Below, one piece after another: positions 58,403 through 64,000 of a stretch of DNA of 64,000 nucleotides. The notes under the pieces are model-generated. The model was not told where the DNA came from. It saw nothing but the letters and a program-made list of their open reading frames with translations, and made no database searches. The number at the start of each line of letters is the position of its first letter. The first letter of the stretch is position 1. The DNA comes from Candidatus Marinacidobacterales bacterium (GTDB taxonomy: Bacteria; Acidobacteriota; Vicinamibacteria; Marinacidobacterales; SMYC01). The DNA is taken from NCBI GenBank assembly GCA_965224085.1, contig CBDCYI010000011.1, positions 896,001-960,000 on the forward strand. The letters run 5' to 3'. The translations under genes were made by a program, and so were the position numbers.

Positions 58403-59017
58403 ATGGATCGGATACTCGGTCGCTCCCGCCTTCGAACGTGCATGATTACCGGCTTCGCCGAACGTGAAGCGCTCTTTCAGCACATCGCGCACGCTCTCGA
58501 GAGCGGCGTCGATTGGGTGCAGCTGCGCTCGAGAGAGGCGTCTGGCCGGGACCTCGAAAGCTTCGTGTCGCAGTTGCTTGCGCGGCACCCGGACGCGCGG
58601 GCGAAAATTCTGGTGAACGATCGCTTTGATCTCGCTCTCGCGGCCCGTCTTGGCGGCGTCCATCTGCCAGCGGATGGTCTACCGGTTGCCGACGTTCGCC
58701 GGAGCGCACCGCCTGAGCTCGCGATCGGTCGGTCGACTCATAGTGTCGCGGAGGTGCGGGACGCGGCACAAAACGGCGCGGATTACGTGTTTTTTGGTCC
58801 CATCTATCCCACGAAGTCCAAACCCGGGCATCCAGGAGTCGGGCTCGAGCGGCTCGCGGCCGCGTCGCGGGCTGCGTCGATCCCGGTCTACGCGCTCGGC
58901 GGGATTTCGCCCCAACGCATCGATGCCGTGTTTGCGGCCGGGGCGGCCGGGGTAGCGGCGATCGCCCTTTTCCAGCGTGAAGCCTCGGTCCGCGCGCTCT
59001 TCAAAAAGCTTGCATGA
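58403..59017 (+). CDS. thiE: Thiamine-phosphate synthase (ThiE/TenI family)
   Basis: VQLR, VNDRFDLA, GVHL, GRSTHS, GPIYPTKSK, YALGGI. Confidence 0.8.
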   Translation: MDRILGRSRLRTCMITGFAEREALFQHIAHALESGVDWVQLRSREASGRDLESFVSQLLARHPDARAKILVNDRFDLALAARLGGVHLPADGLPVADVRRSAPPELAIGRSTHSVAEVRDAAQNGADYVFFGPIYPTKSKPGHPGVGLERLAAASRAASIPVYALGGISPQRIDAVFAAGAAGVAAIALFQREASVRALFKKLA

Positions 59018-59751
59018 CACCGAGAGAGATCGTCGAGCGGATCGGTCCTCACAGTACGGCCGCCGATGTGGCGCCGCTGCTCGATCACCACGAAACGGAC
59101 GAGCCCCATCTTCTGGCGCTCCTGAGAAAACGCGAGCTTGCGAGCGGAGTGATCGAGGCCGTGGCTCGACACGATCGATGGAACAAGAGGCGCGTCGTGC
59201 GCGCCGCCATCGTCAATCATGTCAAAACGCCCAAAACACTGGCGCTGCGGCTGCTGTCGCTCCTGTTCTGGAAAGAGCAGTTGAGAGTCGCGACGAATAT
59301 TCGCCTTCCGGTGGCGCTGCGGGTAGCTTCGGAGAACCGTCTCAAGGAGCGCCTCCCGGAGCTCGAATCCGGAGAGAAAATCTCGATGGCGCACTCGGCT
59401 CCGAGCGGGATCCTTTCCAAGCTTGCGCTCGAGAACGAGGAAAAGATCATCCGGGCGCTTTTGCGAAACCCGCGCCTCCAGGAGCTAGAGGTCATCGCGA
59501 TTGTGCGCCGGGAGTCGACCTCTGGGCCCGTGTTGCGCGTCGTCGCGCTGAGCGAGCGCTGGGTCCGCCGACCGGCGGTAAGAAACGCGCTCGTCTCGCA
59601 CTCCAATACGCCAATCCATGTGGCGCTGTCGTTGCTGCACCAGGTGCCAGAGCGTGAGTTCCGGACTCTGCTGCGCGAAAGCGAGCTTCCCCGCATCGTC
59701 GCGATGCGCGCCGAGCAAATTCTGTCGGGCGACGAGCCGTCCCTCCGGTGA
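59014..59751 (+). CDS. Hypothetical helical-repeat protein (two W..R..V..A.V....TP repeats)
   Basis: ATGA overlap with thiE; internal repeats RWNKRRVVRAAIVNHVKTP and RWVRRPAVRNALVSHSNTP. Confidence 0.75.
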   Translation: MTPREIVERIGPHSTAADVAPLLDHHETDEPHLLALLRKRELASGVIEAVARHDRWNKRRVVRAAIVNHVKTPKTLALRLLSLLFWKEQLRVATNIRLPVALRVASENRLKERLPELESGEKISMAHSAPSGILSKLALENEEKIIRALLRNPRLQELEVIAIVRRESTSGPVLRVVALSERWVRRPAVRNALVSHSNTPIHVALSLLHQVPEREFRTLLRESELPRIVAMRAEQILSGDEPSLR

Positions 59752-59873
59752 AAGGGTATGGAAGCCCTATGCACGCCATGCGTCCCGCGGAATCGGCGAA
59801 CCTATGCCGTATAGGGCGTGGCTCAGCTGCGCAGCTCTGGCCTTCAGAGATGTGTTTACTTCTGCCCCTTTCG

Positions 59874-59902
59874 TTGACACGGAATTCCGCGTCTGACACA
59901 AT
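59874..59902 (+). promoter_or_regulatory. Sigma-70 promoter upstream of rodZ
   Basis: TTGACA-N17-CACAAT with TGn extension. Confidence 0.55.
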
Positions 59903-59995
59903 GGCCATGATTGGAGTAGAGCAGCAAAATGCCTTAGTCTGAGGGGGATAGAGGCCCACGACCCCTTCCGGGCATCGACTCGGCTGAATTTCCTG

Positions 59996-60817
59996 ATGGC
60001 GTCGCTTAGCGAGAAGCTGAGGCGCGAGCGTGAGCTTCGCGGTATCAGTTTGAAGCAGATTTCCGACGATACGAGGATCGGAGTTCGCTTTCTCGAGGCT
60101 CTCGAAGAGGACCGACTCGAGCTCATACCTGGCGAGTTCTATCGCCGGTCCTATCTGCGTGCCTACGCGCGCTACCTCGGGCTCGACGAGGACCGGGCTG
60201 TGAATGCTTATACCTTCTCCCAGAACGAGAAACCGACACCGGAAACGGAGAGCCCCGATAGCCTCCCTCCGTTTTGGCTTCCTTGGGCGGGCGTGGGCGC
60301 CGTCGTGCTGATAGGGACGGTGACGCTGTGGATTCTCAGCTCGGAGCCCGCTCCCGCGGTTCCGGCCGCCACGATAGAGATCGGGGAGATCGGATCTGAA
60401 GCTGTCGAAACGCCGCCCACTGAGTCCGAGTCTCCATCCGAGACCGGTCCTGCCACCGCGAGCAGCGTTCCCGTCCTCTCGCCGCCGGTGCACGCGTCGC
60501 TGATACCACCTCCGGTTCCGCGACAGATGAGAGGGAAGGCCGGGGCCCTTCGCTTGGTGCTCGATGTGCGCGAGTCCTGCTGGCTCGAAATCATGGCGGA
60601 CGGCGAAGTCGTTCTGACAGGGCTCAAAGAGCAAGGGTATCGCCGCGAGTTCGTCGCGAACGAGGAGTTGCGTCTCTGGCTCGGGAATGCGGGAGGCGTC
60701 TCTTTGTGGATCAACGATCGGCCTCTGAGAACGCTCGGGCGACCGGGGCAAGTCCGCAAGGATTTGTCGATCACGCCGGGCAATTACACAGAATATGTCG
60801 GTGACAATGTATCTTGA
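59996..60817 (+). CDS. rodZ: RodZ-like protein (HTH-TM-DUF4115)
   Basis: LRRERELRGISL..TRI..FLEALEE..YLRAYARYLGLD, TM, CWLEI.ADG..LGNAGGV...N. Confidence 0.88.
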   Translation: MASLSEKLRRERELRGISLKQISDDTRIGVRFLEALEEDRLELIPGEFYRRSYLRAYARYLGLDEDRAVNAYTFSQNEKPTPETESPDSLPPFWLPWAGVGAVVLIGTVTLWILSSEPAPAVPAATIEIGEIGSEAVETPPTESESPSETGPATASSVPVLSPPVHASLIPPPVPRQMRGKAGALRLVLDVRESCWLEIMADGEVVLTGLKEQGYRREFVANEELRLWLGNAGGVSLWINDRPLRTLGRPGQVRKDLSITPGNYTEYVGDNVS

Positions 60818-60829
60818 GACCGGAACGAC

Positions 60830-61907
60830 ATGAGCTCGCCTCTCGTCACGCAGTTTCGCAGAGGCGGCGTGTCCAAGGATGTGCGCCTGACCGCCGCGAC
60901 CGGCGCTCTGCCGCTATCGCCCGCGGATCAGATCGAAGCTTCTATTCCTTCTGACCCGGGACAGCGATGACGCCGTCAGCTCGCAGGCGTCGACGAGCCT
61001 CGAGGCTATGGACGAAACTTCACTCATCAGCGTTCTGAAAGAGGTGAGTACCGCCGAGGACGTTCTCGCGTTCTTTGGAACACGGAATATGTCGGACGAC
61101 GTGCAGCAATCGCTGGTGCGAAACACGACGACGCCCGACGCAACCATCCTCGCCATGGTGCCGACCCTCACCGAATCGAATTTGGAGTTCGTCGTCGTTA
61201 ATCAAACGCGACTGCTCCGACATGCGCCGATCATCAAAGCGCTCGAACAGCACAGCAATCTGAGTTCCGACCAGCGTCGGCGCATCGACGAGCTCAAGCA
61301 CGATTTCAAGCTCGATCGGCCCGCTCCAGAGGCAGCCCCGCCACCCGCTCCTAGCGCGGCCGCACCGCGGTCCAAGCTTGATCTGAGCGCAGGGCCGGCG
61401 GAAGAGGACGAGCCGCCGCCGAAAACACAGGAAGAGGCGGCGGAGCTCTACGGCGTGGACGAGCGCGACGGCGATCTGACGGAGGAGGAAGAGGAGGAGA
61501 AAAGGAGCCTTATCGCCGAAATCGTGACGATGACGGCGGCCCAGAAAATGATGAAAGCGCTCAAAGGCGAGCGTGAGGCACGCCTGATGCTCATCCGGGA
61601 CCGCAACCGCACCGTATGGAGCGCGGTTTTGTCGAGCCCCAAGATGAACGATGCCGACGCGGAGCATATCGCGAAGATGCGCAACGTATCGCCCGATGTC
61701 TTGCGCGAAATGTCGAAGAATCGTCAATGGGTGAAGAGATATAGCATCGCCCACGAGTTCGTGAAAAACCCGAAAACACCTCCTGAAGTCTCTTCGAAGC
61801 TTCTCGTTCGTCTGAAAGATCGTGACTTGAAGCACCTGCTCCGTGACCGTAATGTGCCGGAACAGGTCCGACGCCTTGCTAAAAAACGGACGCGTACGGC
61901 TACGTAG
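60830..61907 (+). CDS. Conserved hypothetical helical-repeat protein with an apparent +1 frameshift near 60938 (sequencing error or pseudogene)
   Basis: ATG 60830 reads MSSPLV...DQIE; removing one base gives LLFLLTRDSDDAV..., in frame with the 61008-61907 ORF. Confidence 0.7.
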
Positions 61908-61913
61908 ACAAAC

Positions 61914-62510
61914 ATGGCAGACGACTACTACTCGATTCTTCGTATCACGAAGACGGCAAGTGCCGCTGACATCAAGAAGGCTTATCTCCAGATGGCGCGA
62001 GACAACCATCCCGATCGCTTCGCGGATCCCGAGGAGCGAAAAGCGGCGGATTCCGGCTTTCATAAAATCACGGAAGCTTACAATCAGCTGCGTGATGAGA
62101 AATCGCGACAGAAGTATGATAGGGATCTCGCGAAAGAGAAACGTTCGCCCGAAGAGGAGGCCGATCTCTTTTTCAAGAACGCGGAGCTGCGAGAGCAGTC
62201 GAAGGACTATGAAACGGCTTTGAAGTTCTATTATGAGGCCATGCGACTTCAACCTAAGAAGCTCGAATATGTCATGGCGGCCGGGCTCCTTCTCGTCATG
62301 GATAAGAGTAAAACGCGGCAGGCTGCAGACCTGTTTGCCAAAGCGATGGAAATCGATCCCGCATCGCCCGATCCTCATCTCGAGCTCGGTAACGTCTACA
62401 TGCGCAGTGGCATGACGGTGCGCGCCAAGAGGATTTACGCGACCGCGCTCGAGAAATTCCCCAATCACCCGGAGCTCAAACGCCGGATGATGAAGCTGAA
62501 AGACAAATGA
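61914..62510 (+). CDS. J-domain (DnaJ) plus TPR protein
   Basis: DYYSIL..IKKAY..HPDRF..ITEAY..YDR, followed by TPRs. Confidence 0.9.
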   Translation: MADDYYSILRITKTASAADIKKAYLQMARDNHPDRFADPEERKAADSGFHKITEAYNQLRDEKSRQKYDRDLAKEKRSPEEEADLFFKNAELREQSKDYETALKFYYEAMRLQPKKLEYVMAAGLLLVMDKSKTRQAADLFAKAMEIDPASPDPHLELGNVYMRSGMTVRAKRIYATALEKFPNHPELKRRMMKLKDK

Positions 62511-63292
62511 GCGACGAGCGCCAGCGAAAAGAGATGAGTATCGAGTCACGTTCCGTAAGCGATGTGGGCCGCAAGCGCCAGAGGAATGAAGATAGCTTCG
62601 TCTCGAACGACGAGGTAGGCCTCTACGTGGTCGCCGACGGGATGGGCGGACACACGCATGGCGACGTCGCGTCACGCATCGCCGTAAGGACCATCGACGA
62701 GTTCGTCCAACTGACGTCGGGTGACGCAGATATCACCTGGCCCTACGGGATTGAAGAAGCGCTTTCCCTCAACGCAAATCGGCTGAAGACGTCGATCCGT
62801 TTCGCGAATCAGAGACTCCTCGAGCACGCTCGCAAAGAAGTGGAATGCGAGGGAATGGCTACGACCGTCGTCGCGGCGCTCGTTGAGGGTGGCGTCGCGG
62901 AAATAGCCCATGTGGGTGACAGCCGCGCCTATTTGATTCGCGGCGGCGAGATGCAGTTGGTGACGAGCGACCATTCTTGGGTCAACGAACAGGTGCAGTC
63001 GGGTGTCATCGACAAGGAGCAAGCGCGAAACCACCCGCTCAGAAACGTGGTGACGCGGGCTCTGGGCGGCAAGCCGGAGCTCGAGGTAGATGTACAAGCC
63101 CTCGAGCTCGTACCGGATGATCGGCTCTTGCTTTGCTCTGACGGCCTGACGACCATGCTCGAGGATCACGAGATCCTCGGGATCGTGCTCGATGCGGGCG
63201 GAACGGTCGAGCAAGCGGATCCTTTGGTAGATGCCGCGAACCGCAACGGCGGGGAGGACAATACGACGACGATCTTACTTCGGGTTTCTTGA
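62507..63292 (+). CDS. PP2C-family Ser/Thr phosphatase (Stp1/PrpC)
   Basis: RQRNED, VADGMGGH, HVGDSRAY, LLCSDGL, GGEDNTT. Confidence 0.95.
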   Translation: MSDERQRKEMSIESRSVSDVGRKRQRNEDSFVSNDEVGLYVVADGMGGHTHGDVASRIAVRTIDEFVQLTSGDADITWPYGIEEALSLNANRLKTSIRFANQRLLEHARKEVECEGMATTVVAALVEGGVAEIAHVGDSRAYLIRGGEMQLVTSDHSWVNEQVQSGVIDKEQARNHPLRNVVTRALGGKPELEVDVQALELVPDDRLLLCSDGLTTMLEDHEILGIVLDAGGTVEQADPLVDAANRNGGEDNTTTILLRVS

Positions 63293-63372
63293 GTGCCGGT
63301 TCACTTTCACGGGGTCGAACCGAACAGAATATTTCCGGTCCATGAGCGCAAGCACGTCTCGACCGGTGAATC

Positions 63373-64000
63373 ATGACCGATAACGATACAGATATTCGCA
63401 TCGACAAATTCACGGTCCGACAGCGTATCGGGCGCGGCGGGATGGGTGCGGTCTACGAAGGCCATGACCCGGCCTTGGACCGTCGCGTCGCCATCAAGAC
63501 GCTGACGGCGGACGTGATTGCCGATCAGGATTCGCGTAGCCGTTTCGAGCGCGAGGCCCGAGCGGCAGCGAAACTCCAGCACCCCAACATCGTCACGATT
63601 TATGAGCTCGGCAATTTCGGAGGGGCGGAAAAGCCCTACATCGTGATGGAGTATCTCGAGGGTACGGACGTCGCGAGCCTAATCGGCGACGAAGGCATGC
63701 CGATTGCGGAGGCGCTCGATATCGTCATCCAGCTTTCTCGCGCTCTCGATTTCGCCCACCAAAACGGCGTGGTCCATCGCGACATCAAGCCAGCCAACCT
63801 TCGCTGTTTGGATAACGGGCAGATCAAGATCATGGATTTCGGAATCGCCCGCATGGAGGGGAGCCACCAAATCACGAAGAGCGGCGTCATGATCGGAACG
63901 GTCCACTACATGTCGCCTGAGCAAATCCGGGGTCAGAAGCTCGACGGGAGAACCGATATCTTTTCGGCGGGTTGCATACTTTACGAGCTTCTTACCGGCG
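63373..64000 (+). CDS. Ser/Thr protein kinase (runs off the window end)
   Basis: IGRGGMGAVY, VAIK, RFEREA..LQHPNIV, HRDIKPAN, DFGIAR, GTVHYMSPEQ; missing from the ORF track because there is no stop in the window. Confidence 0.93.
   Translation, partial: MTDNDTDIRIDKFTVRQRIGRGGMGAVYEGHDPALDRRVAIKTLTADVIADQDSRSRFEREARAAAKLQHPNIVTIYELGNFGGAEKPYIVMEYLEGTDVASLIGDEGMPIAEALDIVIQLSRALDFAHQNGVVHRDIKPANLRCLDNGQIKIMDFGIARMEGSHQITKSGVMIGTVHYMSPEQIRGQKLDGRTDIFSAGCILYELLTG

Noticed and set aside
1-64000. Many long antisense or alternate-frame ORFs (e.g. 17635-18678, 19760-20989, 41745-42977, 59492-60751, 61020-62675)
   Set aside because: They shadow well-supported genes, have no recognisable motifs and are expected in GC-rich DNA.
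1-64000. CRISPR array, tRNA, rRNA, SRP RNA
   Set aside because: No regularly spaced repeats with unique spacers, and no cloverleaf, rRNA or SRP signature was seen by eye. An Infernal/tRNAscan run would be decisive.

Overview
This is a GC-rich, TCGA-rich bacterial chromosomal segment, probably from Acidobacteriota (inferred from gene content and protein style). Roughly 1-10.7 kb is accessory. It holds an exported agmatinase-family enzyme, a kinase relic beside an att-like junction, an ECF sigma/Ser-Thr kinase/membrane protein triad, a PhzF + hydantoin-type racemase + polar amino-acid ABC transporter cluster, a truncated MBL-fold gene and an IS6 element. The rest is mostly core genome: asnS, rimO, rimP-nusA-infB-DUF503-rbfA-truB-rpsO-pnp, an orphan groES, purC, and an ECF/anti-sigma/DUF5668/DUF4097 envelope-stress operon interrupted by a dead IS200 tnpA. 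Further on are nrdR-DUF4390-NtrY/NtrX, RqcH-cinA-thpR, an FHA-GAF-adenylate cyclase coupled to an HD-GYP protein, a pilotin-like TPR protein, ftsY, ribD-ribE-ribBA and ffh-rpsP-khpA-rimM-trmD-rplS. The window ends in a module of a giant acidic TPR protein, two paralogous helical-repeat proteins around rodZ, DnaJ-TPR, PP2C and a kinase. The most unusual signals are (i) dispersed hairpins built from 7-9-nt tandem units, including two copies bracketing ribD and one array sitting in frame inside rimP, (ii) the uncharacterised TPR/RodZ/phospho-switch module, and (iii) an all-G/C-ending codon patch in asnS. No tRNA, rRNA or CRISPR array was seen. All calls come from reading motifs by eye; no searches were run.
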